Shown: positions 43,584 through 54,137, numbered from the stretch's first letter. The stretch: 64,000 bases of DNA from an uncultured delta proteobacterium (GCA_963845145.1 CAWJQU010000002.1:160001-224000), one strand, 5' to 3'. Notes: generated by a model not told the origin, from the letters alone. A program made the numbers and translations.

Positions 43584-45011
43584 TTAAATCGGTAACCGTA
43601 AAACCGCCTGCACCCCACCTTCCGGCCGATTCATCAGGCGGATCTTTCCCCCATGGAGTTCGGCCACCTCTTTGACGAAGTTTAAACCAAGGCCGGTGCT
43701 TTTTTTACCTGTATCCGGGCGTTGCAGGGAAAAAAATTTCTCGAACATTTTTTCCTCTGCATATTCCGGAATCGAAGGTCCCTGATTTTCCACGGCAAAC
43801 ACAAGATGGGTACTTTCAATGCGAGTGGTTAAAACGATCTTTTCATTGGACGGGCTGAAATCAATGGCATTTTGTATGATATTGGCGATGGCCCGATGAA
43901 GTAAAAAAACGTCCCCGACAATGGTCACGTGATCGTCAACCAGATCCATGATGGTCAATTTCTTTTTGGACACCATCGGTGCTTTGCTCTCGATCACCGT
44001 TTTAACCAGGGGTTGAAAAGATATTTGTTCTTTCTGTTGCAACATCTTCTGATTCTCAAGCGCTGACAGTTCCAGCATATGGTCAATAATTTCTTGAATC
44101 CGACCGGCCTCGTTGCGAATATTACCCAAAAATCGGGCCTGCCGCTCGGGCGGCATGTCCTCTTTGAGAAGCTCGGCCGCGCCCCGAATCGCCGAAAGTG
44201 GGCTTTTAATCTCATGCGTCAATTTTTGGATGTACTGCTCCACATACTGCTTACCGGCCAACGCCTCGCGCATTTTTTCAAAGGCAAAGCCCATCTCGCC
44301 AATTTCTGTTCTATCCAGTTTCGGTAGGGCCACACGCCGGCCTTCGCGAATATCGTTGGCATAGCGGGTCAATCTTTTAATCGGACGCGTCATCCAGACC
44401 GCCATAAAAAAACTGAGCCCTATAGCGGTGATGGCGGCAATACTGCCAACTTTAATGATTTCCGGCTTGGCCTGTTCCAGAAAGTATTTAATATTCGTGG
44501 TCGGTTTGGCCACGGTCAGCACCCCTGCCAAGGTCTCATTAACGCAGATGGGCGCCGCTACGAAAAGAACTGAGGAAGTAGGATCATTAGGATCGGCCAG
44601 CGTGGTTCGGGCACCGTATTCGCCATTGAGCGTTTGGTGCACATCGCGCCAGCCGGAATAATCCGCCCCCCATTGACCTTTCCCCATGGAGTCGAAAATG
44701 ACAATTCCTTCCGGATCCGTAATGTAAATCCGCATATCGACATCGGTCTTGAGTAGTTTGTAAATTCTTGCCGACAGGGGTTTTTGGTATATACGCTGAT
44801 ACATGTCATAGAGTTGATCCTCATCGAACCGGCCGTTTTCCATCTCCACCGCCACGTTCGTCGCCAGGATATTGGCCTGGTCGACCAGCGGGTCTTCTAC
44901 CCCTTCCAGGTAACGGCTACGCAGTGTATCCCGCACCCAGTCGATGGGGTAGTAGAAGCAAACGGCAGATATGACAAAATAGCCTAAAAAGATGCGTAGC
45001 CCGAGTTTCAT
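43584..45011 (-). CDS. creC: Sensor histidine kinase CreC
   Basis: GADYSGWRDV..TL.GEYGARTT, LTVAKP, YVEQY...LTHEIKSPL, KKSTGLGL.FV.EV. Confidence 0.93.
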   Translation of the reverse strand: MKLGLRIFLGYFVISAVCFYYPIDWVRDTLRSRYLEGVEDPLVDQANILATNVAVEMENGRFDEDQLYDMYQRIYQKPLSARIYKLLKTDVDMRIYITDPEGIVIFDSMGKGQWGADYSGWRDVHQTLNGEYGARTTLADPNDPTSSVLFVAAPICVNETLAGVLTVAKPTTNIKYFLEQAKPEIIKVGSIAAITAIGLSFFMAVWMTRPIKRLTRYANDIREGRRVALPKLDRTEIGEMGFAFEKMREALAGKQYVEQYIQKLTHEIKSPLSAIRGAAELLKEDMPPERQARFLGNIRNEAGRIQEIIDHMLELSALENQKMLQQKEQISFQPLVKTVIESKAPMVSKKKLTIMDLVDDHVTIVGDVFLLHRAIANIIQNAIDFSPSNEKIVLTTRIESTHLVFAVENQGPSIPEYAEEKMFEKFFSLQRPDTGKKSTGLGLNFVKEVAELHGGKIRLMNRPEGGVQAVLRLPI

Positions 45012-45850
45012 AAATCCTCATTCAAGGCATATCCGGTGCCCCGGTGGGTAATAATTGGGTCGACATCCGGTTTGACGGTTTTTAGTTTGGCACGGAGATT
45101 TTTAATATGTGCATCCACCGTTCGATCCATGCTGGCCTCCGGCTCATCCCAGACAATATCCATCAGGCGCTCACGGGAAAAGACGTGTCCGGGGCGATCA
45201 ATGAACGTTTTCAGTATCTCATATTCATAGCGGGAAAGATCGAGAATCCGCCCGAAATAGCTGATCTGTCGCCGCGATGCATCAACGTTGAAGGCCTTGT
45301 CCGGGGCTGCATGACCGGTATTGGCCAGGTCGGGCGGGTGGGACTTTATCTGGTCGGGCGGGTGGGACTTTATCTGGCCGGGCGGGTGGGACTTTGTCTG
45401 GCCAGCCGGGCGGGACTTTAACCGGTCGGGCGTGTGGGACTTTACCGGGTCGGAGCGTCGTGTGTTTAACGGATCGGGTGACAATTCCCCCGTACGCCGC
45501 AAAACGGCCTTCACCCGGGCCGATAACTCCCTGGGGCTGAAGGGTTTAACAACGTAATCATCCCCACCGATTTCAAGCCCCACTACCCGGTCGACTTCAT
45601 CGGATCGGGCCGTCAGAAAGATGACCGGCGTCCGGTAGTTTTTTCGAATCTCCTTGCAGAGCTCAAACCCGCCGATATCCGGCAAGCCGATATCGAGTAC
45701 AATCAAATCGACGGTTTTTTCGGCCATCAGCGGAATTACCGGCATTCCGGCGTTGACGCAGATCGTATCGAAGCCTTCCGTCTCAAGGGCATATTGTATC
45801 GTATCCGCTATCGCCGGTTCATCTTCAACGATCAGGACTGTGGGTTTCAT
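45008..45850 (-). CDS. creB: Response regulator CreB with repeat-expanded linker
   Basis: VEDEPAIADT..YAL, LDIGLPD, DRTVDAHIK.LRAKL, THRGTGY; coupled to creC. Confidence 0.92.
   Translation of the reverse strand: MKPTVLIVEDEPAIADTIQYALETEGFDTICVNAGMPVIPLMAEKTVDLIVLDIGLPDIGGFELCKEIRKNYRTPVIFLTARSDEVDRVVGLEIGGDDYVVKPFSPRELSARVKAVLRRTGELSPDPLNTRRSDPVKSHTPDRLKSRPAGQTKSHPPGQIKSHPPDQIKSHPPDLANTGHAAPDKAFNVDASRRQISYFGRILDLSRYEYEILKTFIDRPGHVFSRERLMDIVWDEPEASMDRTVDAHIKNLRAKLKTVKPDVDPIITHRGTGYALNEDL
45328..45452. repeat. 24-bp tandem repeat, about 5 copies, in the creB linker
   Basis: GTGGGACTTTATCTGG(T/C)CGGGCGG-like units encoding (D/G)xxKSHPP. Confidence 0.9.
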
Positions 45851-45948
45851 CGATTATACTCCTTCACGGCTATACGACGTGTCACCCGGAGGGTCCCTTT
45901 CTGCATACAAAACAGTCCTCCTCCGGGGGTTGTTTTTAACCTAACTTT

Positions 45949-46836
45949 TTATCTGGTTTTAATCTGGCTGAAAGCCCTTTGTAGCAGATCAATCCCTAAA
46001 AAAACAATCACGCCGGCAGTGAATATCATAACGCTATGCTCAATAAATCGTCGTGTACCGATCGAAGCAGCCCCATTGATCACCGGAACCCCTATGGTCA
46101 TAGCCATATACCACATCAAGGGGATCAGAGCGTTTTTATTATTTTTTAATATCACGGGTCGCCATTTTCCGGCATTGTTTTTGGCCTGGTTTTTGACCTT
46201 GTTTTTGACCTGGTTTTTAAACAGGGTTTTGAACCGAATTTTAAACCCAGTTTTAAACCCTACTTTAAACCCCACTTTAAACCCCGCTTTAAACCGGGTA
46301 AGGAGTACAAAAAACCCACACAATAAGAACAGGTAGATCACAATCCCGGCCAAGCGGTGCACCCTCGCGGGTGTCACCCAGGGACCATAAAAATCGACCT
46401 GATACAGACCGGTCGCAATCACGATCCTGATCGTGTTGGCGATAAGGGTTAAAAGATAAGCCGATACGGCGCTGAACCCCAGCCAGGATAACCCGCCTTT
46501 AATCGTTTGGGATAAAGGCAAAACCGTAAATCCGGTCATGCAAAAGGCAATGATCATAAAATTGACACCGGCACAACCGGGGGCAATGATGATTCGCCTG
46601 GAATAATCGACGAAGCCGGTAGCGGATTCATAAACGAAACTGGACGCACTAACCCATTCAACCATTCGCGCCACCGGCCATAATATCCAGGTTAGCTCAT
46701 CGCTGCCGACCCGGCTGTAGTACGATTTTAGCGCCCAGGCCGCGGCCAGAAGGATCAGGTAGGGCATCATTTTCATCATCCAGCGGGCGATGGCTTGATA
46801 TCGCCCCTGATCCGCTGCAGACAATTTTTTTTGCAT
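45949..46836 (-). CDS. xrtK: Exosortase K-like transpeptidase
   Basis: LK..YS....DEL.WIL.P, IAPGCAGVNF (Cys), ANTIRI (Arg), HRLAG (His); next to a PEP-CTERM protein. Confidence 0.85.
   Translation of the reverse strand: MQKKLSAADQGRYQAIARWMMKMMPYLILLAAAWALKSYYSRVGSDELTWILWPVARMVEWVSASSFVYESATGFVDYSRRIIIAPGCAGVNFMIIAFCMTGFTVLPLSQTIKGGLSWLGFSAVSAYLLTLIANTIRIVIATGLYQVDFYGPWVTPARVHRLAGIVIYLFLLCGFFVLLTRFKAGFKVGFKVGFKTGFKIRFKTLFKNQVKNKVKNQAKNNAGKWRPVILKNNKNALIPLMWYMAMTIGVPVINGAASIGTRRFIEHSVMIFTAGVIVFLGIDLLQRAFSQIKTR
46179..46298. repeat. 12-bp degenerate tandem repeat, about 10 copies, inside xrtK
   Basis: (C/T)TTTAAACCCxx grading into TTTTGACCTxGT; encodes FKAG-FKVG-FKVG-FKTG...KNQV-KNKV-KNQA. 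Confidence 0.85.
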
Positions 46837-46838
46837 TT

Positions 46839-48919
46839 TTATACCTTCTTTTTTTGGGAATAGTGATACCCGTAACGGACCGCCAGCAAACCCACCAGGG
46901 TCAGAACGATCAGGTAAAACTCAGGTTCCGGAACGTTGGCCATGGCGCCGCCCACAGCCAGATTGGAGACATGCAGCGGAAGCGGCAGGGGTTGTTTGAC
47001 ATCCTGGCTCTTCGCCTCCGGATTTCGCACCACCTCATGCACAGCCACAAACGAGGTGAATGGTGTCAAAAGGTTATACGTCAAACCCAAGCTGGTGATT
47101 TCGGCCTGGCTTTCGCTGTGACCGTTTTGAAAATTAAAATCGGTCAAAAGCGAGATCCGTTTGCGGGCCCAAAGGTAACGCAACGCATGATTCGCCTTCC
47201 CGGGCTCGGTTTCGGCGACTTGAAATGTTTTTTCATATGCACCCGAGCCGTTCGTGCCCTTAAGTGTGACCGTGCCGGTGGGTTGTCCCCGCCATTTCCC
47301 GTATAAAAGGATCGGCCTTTGGGCAAACAGGTCCGGAATGGCGGCCGGCTCAACAGCATAGGCCTCGAAGCCCTCGAACGCCACCTGGATGCCGGTCAAT
47401 ACCGGTGCGGCGATATATTGGCGAAATTGTGCCGCTTTTTCTGGTGCCTGATGGGGATCAACGACGATAAACGGCTCACCCAGACCGGCTTTGGCCAAAC
47501 CTTCGATGAGGTAGCGATTGACACTGCTGCCGATTCCGAAAGCAAACACATTGGTACGATTCAAATTGGATCGAATCAGTGCAAAGGCTTCTTTTTCAGC
47601 GGAGATGTACCCATCGGTCACAACCACCATCGTTCGTGAAAACCCCTCACTTTTGGGCAGGGCCAATCCTTTTTTAAGGGCGGACGCAAGCTCGGTGCCA
47701 CCGCCCCCATTTTGACGATCCAGGGTTTGAATGGCGGCTTTAACATTTGCAGAAGTGGCGGCAACGGAAACTGGCGCCATCACTTTGGCCGCCCCGGCAA
47801 ACAAAATGAGATTGAATCGATCGGTTGCATTCAAATTCCCGATCAAGTCACGCAGTAGTTTTTTTGCGGTGTTTAAAGGAAAACCATTCATGGAGCCGGA
47901 CACATCCACCACAAAAATATACTCCCTGGGCGGAAGGTGCTCCGGCATGACGCGCTCGGGCGGTTCAACCATCAGAAGGAAAAAGTTTTCATCCTTTCCC
48001 TCGGAAAGCATCAGGCCGGATTGGATCTCCCGCCCCGCCAACCGGTAATGGAGTATAAAATCGCGATTACCGCCCGCATGTTCGGTATCCGCCAGCATGA
48101 CCCGGGCCATACGGTCGCCTTCCCATGTGGTGTCGGTCTGATGGGTCGTGCAGACGACTTCCTTTAGGGGAATGCCGGTGGAGAGATTCACTTCAATATG
48201 AAATTTCGTCGGACTCGCTTGTTTTTCCTGGAGATAGGGATTTTTAATCCATTGATCGGATTCCGATGCCGTCTTTTCAGGCACGCCGGCATAACGCGGC
48301 CCAACGACCGTGGGATAGACGAATTCATAAGTCCCCGCGGTAGGGACCAGTAGTTCAGTGAACTTGAGCTCCACATCCACCCGATCACCAGGCATAATAT
48401 TGGCCACATTCATACTAAACACATTAGGGCGCTGTTGCTGTAACAAAGAGGCGCTTTTGCCGGCCTTTTTGGCGGCGGTGAACGTTTCTTCCGCCTTCTT
48501 TTTTTCTTTTATTTTGGCGGAAATCACCTGATCGCCGATGATCATGTTCATCCCATGAACCGCAGCCCGGGTGGATGCCGGAAAAATATAACGGGCGTTT
48601 ATCGGTTCGGTCCCTTTGTTCTCGTAAATCTGGTTGACAATCACGTCGGCAATCACACCGGTGACGTTTACGGTGACACGGGTGTGTTTAAGCGGAAAAT
48701 GGTCAAGATTACCCCCCTCGCCTTGAATAAAAAAATAGGGTGACAGGGTTCGGTCTTCACCCTCAACCGTATCGGCCAAGATCGGCATTGCCGTCAAAAC
48801 GATGATCGTTACAATCCAGGCCATCCAATTCATCCCCATCCTAACAATCCGTTTTTCAATCCCATCCTAACCGATCCCATTTTAATCAATCCCAACCTAA
48901 CCGATCTGTGTTTCGCCAT
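46839..48919 (-). CDS. VIT + vWA domain protein with C-terminal PEP-CTERM sorting signal
   Basis: VIT (V.Q.YEN....INARYIFP), vWA MIDAS DVSGS, GGGGT, VTDG; C-terminus VPEP + TM + KKK; best RBS (GGGAGG) precedes ATG 48919 but needs a 1-nt shift near 48845, in-frame start is 48839. Confidence 0.9.
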
Positions 48920-48992
48920 GGTACCCTCCCATTTGCGTGTAAGTTAAAAAAGTCGGTGATGCTTGCGTTGAAAGATAACCTAAACCTTCATA

Positions 48993-49030
48993 TTGAAGGC
49001 ATGATGAACTTCGTGTGAAAAATGGGTGAA
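48993..49030 (-). promoter_or_regulatory. CreB-type binding array (cre-tag)
   Basis: Minus strand TTCAC-N6-TTCAC-N6-TTCAT-N6-TTCAA with exact 11-bp period, upstream of the VIT-xrtK-creBC genes; the E. coli cre-tag is TTCAC-N6-TTCAC. Confidence 0.8.
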
Positions 49031-49126
49031 AAAAGACAATGGGAGATCCATGGGGAGGTCATTGTTTGGATTTACGGGAAGCACCGTAAAAATAGACTTG
49101 ATGAATACCGGAGGGGTTTGATAGGG

Positions 49127-49876
49127 ATGCAGGTAATGCAATCCCCCGATCAATCACCCAACAAAAAAACAATCCTGATTATAGAGGATGATGCCAATAC
49201 ATCCGCATTGATTGCCCTATACCTCGAGCGCGAGGGCTTTCGTGCCGAGACTGCCGAAGATGGCCAGGCCGGGCTGGATTTGGCAAAACAATTGCGGCCC
49301 GATCTGGTCGTTTTGGACCTCATGCTGCCCAAGATTGACGGTTGGGAAGTTTGCCGCCGGCTGCAACAAAATGAGGAAGTCCCGGTCATCATGTTGACCG
49401 CCCGGGGTGAAGAGATCGATCGCGTGGCCGGGCTCACACTCGGTGCCGATGATTACGTGGTAAAACCCTTTAGCCCGCGTGAACTGGTGGCCCGCGTCAA
49501 GGCGGTTTTGCGTCGCACGGAAGCGTCACCCGCTGCCGAACGCCCCATTCTATCGCGGGGGGATGTCTTCCTCGACTTGGAAAAACGCCGTCTGCTGGTG
49601 GAACAACGGCCCGTCCCCGTAACACCACATGAATACAATTTGCTAAAGGCGCTCATGCAACGACCCGGGCGCATTTTTACCCGGGATGAATTGTTGGAAA
49701 AATTATACCCCCGGGGGGAAGCGGTTGTGATCGACCGCGTGGTGGATGTCCATATCGGAAAATTGCGGCAGAAAATCGAACCGGACCCCGGCCAACCGGT
49801 ACATATTTTAACGGTTCGGGGAGTCGGCTACCAGTTCAACGATGCGCCGTTTAAAAAAGAGGATATCGAATATTGA
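49127..49876 (+). CDS. OmpR-family response regulator
   Basis: IEDD, LDLMLP, KPFSPRELVARV, DVHI.KLR.KIE, TVRGVGY; start uncertain (49127 or 49136). Confidence 0.93.
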   Translation: MQVMQSPDQSPNKKTILIIEDDANTSALIALYLEREGFRAETAEDGQAGLDLAKQLRPDLVVLDLMLPKIDGWEVCRRLQQNEEVPVIMLTARGEEIDRVAGLTLGADDYVVKPFSPRELVARVKAVLRRTEASPAAERPILSRGDVFLDLEKRRLLVEQRPVPVTPHEYNLLKALMQRPGRIFTRDELLEKLYPRGEAVVIDRVVDVHIGKLRQKIEPDPGQPVHILTVRGVGYQFNDAPFKKEDIEY

Positions 49877-49949
49877 ACAAGGAATTTCGAATAATGATCT
49901 TATCACCTTCCTTCGACATTCAACATTCCTTGTTCGATATTCGATATTC
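49861..49949. repeat. Palindromic intergenic element (REP/MITE-like) overlapping the regulator stop
   Basis: Left arm ATATCGAATATTGAACAAGGAAT pairs with right arm ATTCCTTGTTCGATATTCGATAT; built from 7-bp ATATCGA-like subunits. Confidence 0.75.
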
Positions 49950-50047
49950 AAAAAAATGGCCCCATGGAATGGGTCAATATGGAATGGATCAATGCGAATA
50001 AACCCAACCCATTCTCCTATATTCCCTGGGCGAAAAAGGTAACGCCC

Positions 50048-51136
50048 GTGAGATCCTACCTCATCCTCAAGCTGCTCGCCATTCATCTGGCTGTCATCGG
50101 TTTCGTGATGGTTATCGTCTGGATCTCTATCGACACCCTGGCTGCCGGTTATTTTGTGACGTTGATGGAAAAGTACCACATCTCGCCTCAGCCGGCGCAC
50201 ACCATGTTTGTCAGTGCCATTCACCGCTATCTGTTCTGGACCTTTATCGGTGCCATGATTCTGGCGATAGTGCTTAGTTATTTTCTCATGCGAAAAGTGC
50301 TCGCACCCCTCACGCAAATGAATACCATCACCCGACAGGTGGCTGCGGGAGATTTTTCAGCACGCGTACCGGTGTACACCAAAGATGAGGTGGGACAGCT
50401 GGCGACCGCCTTTAATCAAATGGCCAAAAGCCTGGAAGCGATCGAAAGTCTGCGCCGAACACTGATGATTGATGTTGCCCATGAACTCAGGACGCCGTTA
50501 ACCAACATTCGCGGCTACCTGGAAGCCTTAAACGACCGGGTCCTCCCCCCTTCCGCCCAGACCATTGCCCTGCTTCAGGATGAAACCCTGCGCCTGGTTC
50601 AGTTAGTGGAAGACGTGTTGCAACTGGCCCGCGCCGACGCCGCCCATGGCCATCTCAAGCTTGAACGCGTCGATATAAAAGCAATGGTCGCCGAAGCTGC
50701 CAAGGGGGTTTTCCCCCAACTGGCACGGCGTTCCCTTGAACTCAAAACCCATTTTCCCAATGAAAAGGTGGTGGTGGAAATGGATAGGGTCCGGATCGCT
50801 CGCGTTTTGAAAAACCTCTTTGACAACGCCATCCGCTATGCGCCCGAAAATGACGTTATCAAGGTCCGCATCACCCCTTACGCCCAAACCGTTAAAGTTG
50901 AATACATCAATAAGAACGTCGATTTAAGCCCCAAAGACCTCCCAATACTCTTCGAACGATTCTATCGTGGGGAAAAATCCCGCTCGCGTGAACACGGGGG
51001 TGCCGGTATTGGGCTGGCAATTGTTAAGGAAATCATTGATGCCCATTCGGGCCGTATTGCGGCCGAACTCAAAAACGGCCATTTTCATATCTGGTTTGAA
51101 TTGCCCACCACAGTCCCCGAAGCCGACCGGAAATAG
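50048..51136 (+). CDS. HAMP-domain sensor histidine kinase (BaeS-like)
   Basis: Two TMs, HAMP, DVAHELRTPL, FERFYR.EKSRSR..GG.GIGLAI; start GTG 50048 or ATG 49964. Confidence 0.93.
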   Translation: MRSYLILKLLAIHLAVIGFVMVIVWISIDTLAAGYFVTLMEKYHISPQPAHTMFVSAIHRYLFWTFIGAMILAIVLSYFLMRKVLAPLTQMNTITRQVAAGDFSARVPVYTKDEVGQLATAFNQMAKSLEAIESLRRTLMIDVAHELRTPLTNIRGYLEALNDRVLPPSAQTIALLQDETLRLVQLVEDVLQLARADAAHGHLKLERVDIKAMVAEAAKGVFPQLARRSLELKTHFPNEKVVVEMDRVRIARVLKNLFDNAIRYAPENDVIKVRITPYAQTVKVEYINKNVDLSPKDLPILFERFYRGEKSRSREHGGAGIGLAIVKEIIDAHSGRIAAELKNGHFHIWFELPTTVPEADRK

Positions 51137-51193
51137 ACTGGAATTTAACCGGAAATCGAATTAATCCCCCACCGAAAACCTCGCGACCATAAT

Positions 51194-51221
51194 CTTTACC
51201 CAATCTTTACATTCCCTTTAC
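51194..51221 (+). promoter_or_regulatory. OmpR-type direct-repeat operator upstream of msrA
   Basis: CTTTAC at 51194, 51205 and 51216 (11-bp period). Confidence 0.65.
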
Positions 51222-51420
51222 TAAAGCTTTAATCGCTCGCCTTATATTTTAGCTGTCCGTAAAGTGTTGGGGAAGTGCCGGGCTGAACATGCCAAAGCGA
51301 ATACCGCCCGACTTGACCAAAAAGATCTTTGCAAAATGGGTAAGGCCTTTTCAAAACGAACAAGGCCTTTACAAAACGGGGTCCGTATCTATTTTATTAA
51401 TAATTAAGGAGGGTTTTCAA

Positions 51421-52143
51421 ATGAAGTCACTCATGATTGCCATAATGGTAATAGCAGCCATTTTTATTGGCGTATACACGGGGAATAGCATGGATAAAAA
51501 AAAGGACAAAACAATGATGGACAAGCCCGAACAGACGGCCTCCGCTGTTTTTGCCGGAGGTTGTTTCTGGTGCACAGAGTCCGACTTTGAAAAGGTCGAC
51601 GGTGTTCTCGAGGCCGTTTCCGGTTATACGGGAGGCGAAGAGAAGAATCCTACGTATCAAGAGGTTTCGGCGGGCCAAACCGGGCATCTGGAGGCCGTGA
51701 AGGTCGTGTACGACCCCTCCCGAATTGGTTATAAAGAATTGCTTGATATTTTTTGGCGTCATGTCGACCCCACGGATCCCGGAGGCCAGTTCGTCGATCG
51801 GGGTGCGCAATATCGCAGTGCCGTTTTTTATGACAGTGAAGAAGAGCAGCGACTGGCCGAGGAAGCCAAAGCAGACCTCGAAGCTTCCGGTAAATTTAAC
51901 AAGCCCATTGCCACCCAGATCCTGCCGCTGGGCCCGTTTTATCCGGCCGAGAACTATCACCAGGATTACTACAAAAACAATCCGCTTCGCTACCGCTGGT
52001 ATCGCTCCGGGTCCGGAAGGGATCAATTCCTGGAAAAAAACTGGCCCGACAGTAATATAAAGCTGGACAGTAATATAAAGCAGGACAGTAAAAAAAAGCC
52101 AGACAGCAAAAAAATAATGGGGCAAAAAAGAACCGATGAATGA
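51421..52143 (+). CDS. msrA: Peptide-methionine (S)-S-oxide reductase MsrA, exported
   Basis: Signal/TM at MKSLMIAI (RBS AAGGAGG); [25 protein letters not shown]. Confidence 0.95.
   Translation: MKSLMIAIMVIAAIFIGVYTGNSMDKKKDKTMMDKPEQTASAVFAGGCFWCTESDFEKVDGVLEAVSGYTGGEEKNPTYQEVSAGQTGHLEAVKVVYDPSRIGYKELLDIFWRHVDPTDPGGQFVDRGAQYRSAVFYDSEEEQRLAEEAKADLEASGKFNKPIATQILPLGPFYPAENYHQDYYKNNPLRYRWYRSGSGRDQFLEKNWPDSNIKLDSNIKQDSKKKPDSKKIMGQKRTDE
52048..52119 (+). repeat. 18-bp tandem repeat, 4 copies, at the msrA 3' end
   Basis: GACAGTAATATAAAGCTG-like units: [24 protein letters not shown]. Confidence 0.85.
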
Positions 52144-52619
52144 TCATAAAACAATGGAAAAAGATGATCCAAACCAAAGCCATGAACCCAATCCCGACAG
52201 ATGAGGAGTTACGCGATTCGCTAACGCCGATCCAATACAAGGTGACACGGAAAAACGGGACGGAACCGCCCTTTGACAACACCTATTGGCAAAACCACGA
52301 TGACGGCATCTATGTCGATATCATCTCGGGAGAACCGCTTTTCAGCTCCAAGGATAAATTCGAATCGGGAACGGGTTGGCCCAGCTTTATACGGCCGCTG
52401 GAAAGCCAAAATGTTGTGGAAAAGAGCGATACCTCCTTTTTCATGGTCCGCACAGAGGTGCGCAGTAAACATGCCGACTCCCACCTGGGACACCTTTTTC
52501 CCGATGGCCCCGCCCCCACGGGACTGCGCTACTGCATTAATTCAGCGGCATTACGATTTGTCCCCGTCAACGCACTAGAAAAAGAGGGGTATGGAAAGTA
52601 CCGGAAACTTTTTGAATAA
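52140..52619 (+). CDS. msrB: Peptide-methionine (R)-S-oxide reductase MsrB (possibly fused to MsrA in the true sequence)
   Basis: [30 protein letters not shown]. Confidence 0.95.
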   Translation: MIIKQWKKMIQTKAMNPIPTDEELRDSLTPIQYKVTRKNGTEPPFDNTYWQNHDDGIYVDIISGEPLFSSKDKFESGTGWPSFIRPLESQNVVEKSDTSFFMVRTEVRSKHADSHLGHLFPDGPAPTGLRYCINSAALRFVPVNALEKEGYGKYRKLFE

Positions 52620-52713
52620 TCGGCTGAATGTCCAATTTGGGCTGACGCCCTTATCAAAGGAGCAGAACAATGAAATCATTGTTGGGGATTATCATTCTCA
52701 TAAGGAGGATAAA

Positions 52714-53271
52714 ATGACTAAAATCGTCGGTATCTCAGGAAGTTTGCGAAAAGAATCTTTTAATGCCGGTCTATTACGTGCCGCCGCTGAATATGCACCG
52801 GAAGGGTGTACCGTTTCAGTCAATTCCATTCAGGGTATCCCCCTGTACGATGCCAACGTTGAAGAAACGGAGGGAATCCCCCCCAAAGTATCTGAATTAA
52901 AAAATGAAATCGCCGCCGGTGATGGTCTTCTACTGGTAACCCCCGAGTACAACAACTCCATGCCGGGCGTCTTTAAAAACGCCATCGATTGGATAAGCCG
53001 CCCCCCTGAAGATCAGCGCCGGATATTTTCGGGTCGCCCGGTTGGGTTGATTGGCGCCACACCGGGAGGATTTGGTACCGCTTTTTCACAATATGCCTGG
53101 ATGCCGACCTTGCGCGTTCTCAGCACTCAGGTCTGGTCCGGTCGGCTGCTCTGGGTCAGCTCGGCCTCGGGTAAATTCGACAAAGAAGGCAACCTCACCG
53201 ACCCGGCCGTTATCTCCCAGGTAAAAAAATATATGGCCGGTTTTGCGGCGTTTGTCTCTGGATTTAAATAG
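52714..53271 (+). CDS. NADPH-dependent FMN reductase
   Basis: GSLRKESFN, TPEYNNS.PG..KNAIDW.SR; RBS AAGGAGG before ATG 52714. Confidence 0.93.
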   Translation: MTKIVGISGSLRKESFNAGLLRAAAEYAPEGCTVSVNSIQGIPLYDANVEETEGIPPKVSELKNEIAAGDGLLLVTPEYNNSMPGVFKNAIDWISRPPEDQRRIFSGRPVGLIGATPGGFGTAFSQYAWMPTLRVLSTQVWSGRLLWVSSASGKFDKEGNLTDPAVISQVKKYMAGFAAFVSGFK

Positions 53272-53294
53272 CCCCTGGTTATGGGTCTAACAGG

Positions 53295-54129
53295 CTATGG
53301 GTCTAACAGGCTCTGATATTTATCAGGACGGCGGTCTTCAAAAAGGTTATTCTGCGTGGTGAGTTGTTTGTCCCTGGCCCGCGACACGTCGATTTCCACA
53401 ACGGATAGACATTCCTCTTGGGGTTTTGCCGTACAAAGACGCTTTCCCAGTGGATCGGTTATTTGGCTCTGGCCGGTGAAGGTCAATTCGCCCTGGGGCC
53501 TCGACTCGGTTCCGTATCGATTGGCGGTTACGGTAAATACACCGTTTTCCAAGGCACGTATGCACATGGCCTGTTGGCAATGGGTCAGCACCAGGTTGGA
53601 CGGATGGCAGATAATATCAGCACCTTTTAATGCCAGAATACGGGCCACTTCGGGAAACGCCCAATCAAAGCAAATCATCATGCCAACGCGCACATCACCG
53701 ACCAAAGAGACCGTCAAGGACGTATCGCCGGGATCGAAATAATTTTTCTCCGTATTGAAGAGGTGTAATTTACGATAGGTGTGAATCACTTTTTCAGGGC
53801 CGATCAAAAGTGCACTATTGAACACCTGGTCGATTTTTGCCTGGTCGACCGTTTCCCGGCCGACCGTTTTTTCCGCAAAGCCGGTAACGAGATGAAGATG
53901 CTGACGGCGGCAAAGACGTTGCAACGCATCGATCGTAGGGGATCCGTTGATCGGTCTCCGCCAAACCTGCCAGTTCTCTGCGATCTTTAAAAAAATAACC
54001 GGTAAAAGGCAATTCCGGCAATACAATGATGTCCGCCCGAACCCCTTCTAAAGCCGTGAGAACCGTTTCGAGATTCTTGCGGATTCGCCCGAACTCAGGG
54101 TTGAATTGAAAAAAACCGACTTTAAACAT
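53295..54129 (-). CDS. Carbon-nitrogen hydrolase (nitrilase superfamily), frameshift near 53960
   Basis: VLPEL (Glu) in ORF 53815..54129; YRKLHL (Lys) and ICFD (Cys) in ORF 53295..54026. Confidence 0.9.
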
Positions 54130-54137
54130 GGCCGTGC

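Noticed and set aside
45328..46298. CRISPR array interpretation of the tandem repeats
   Set aside because: No unique spacers, repeats are in-frame within genes, no cas genes; no CRISPR, tRNA or rRNA recognised in the window
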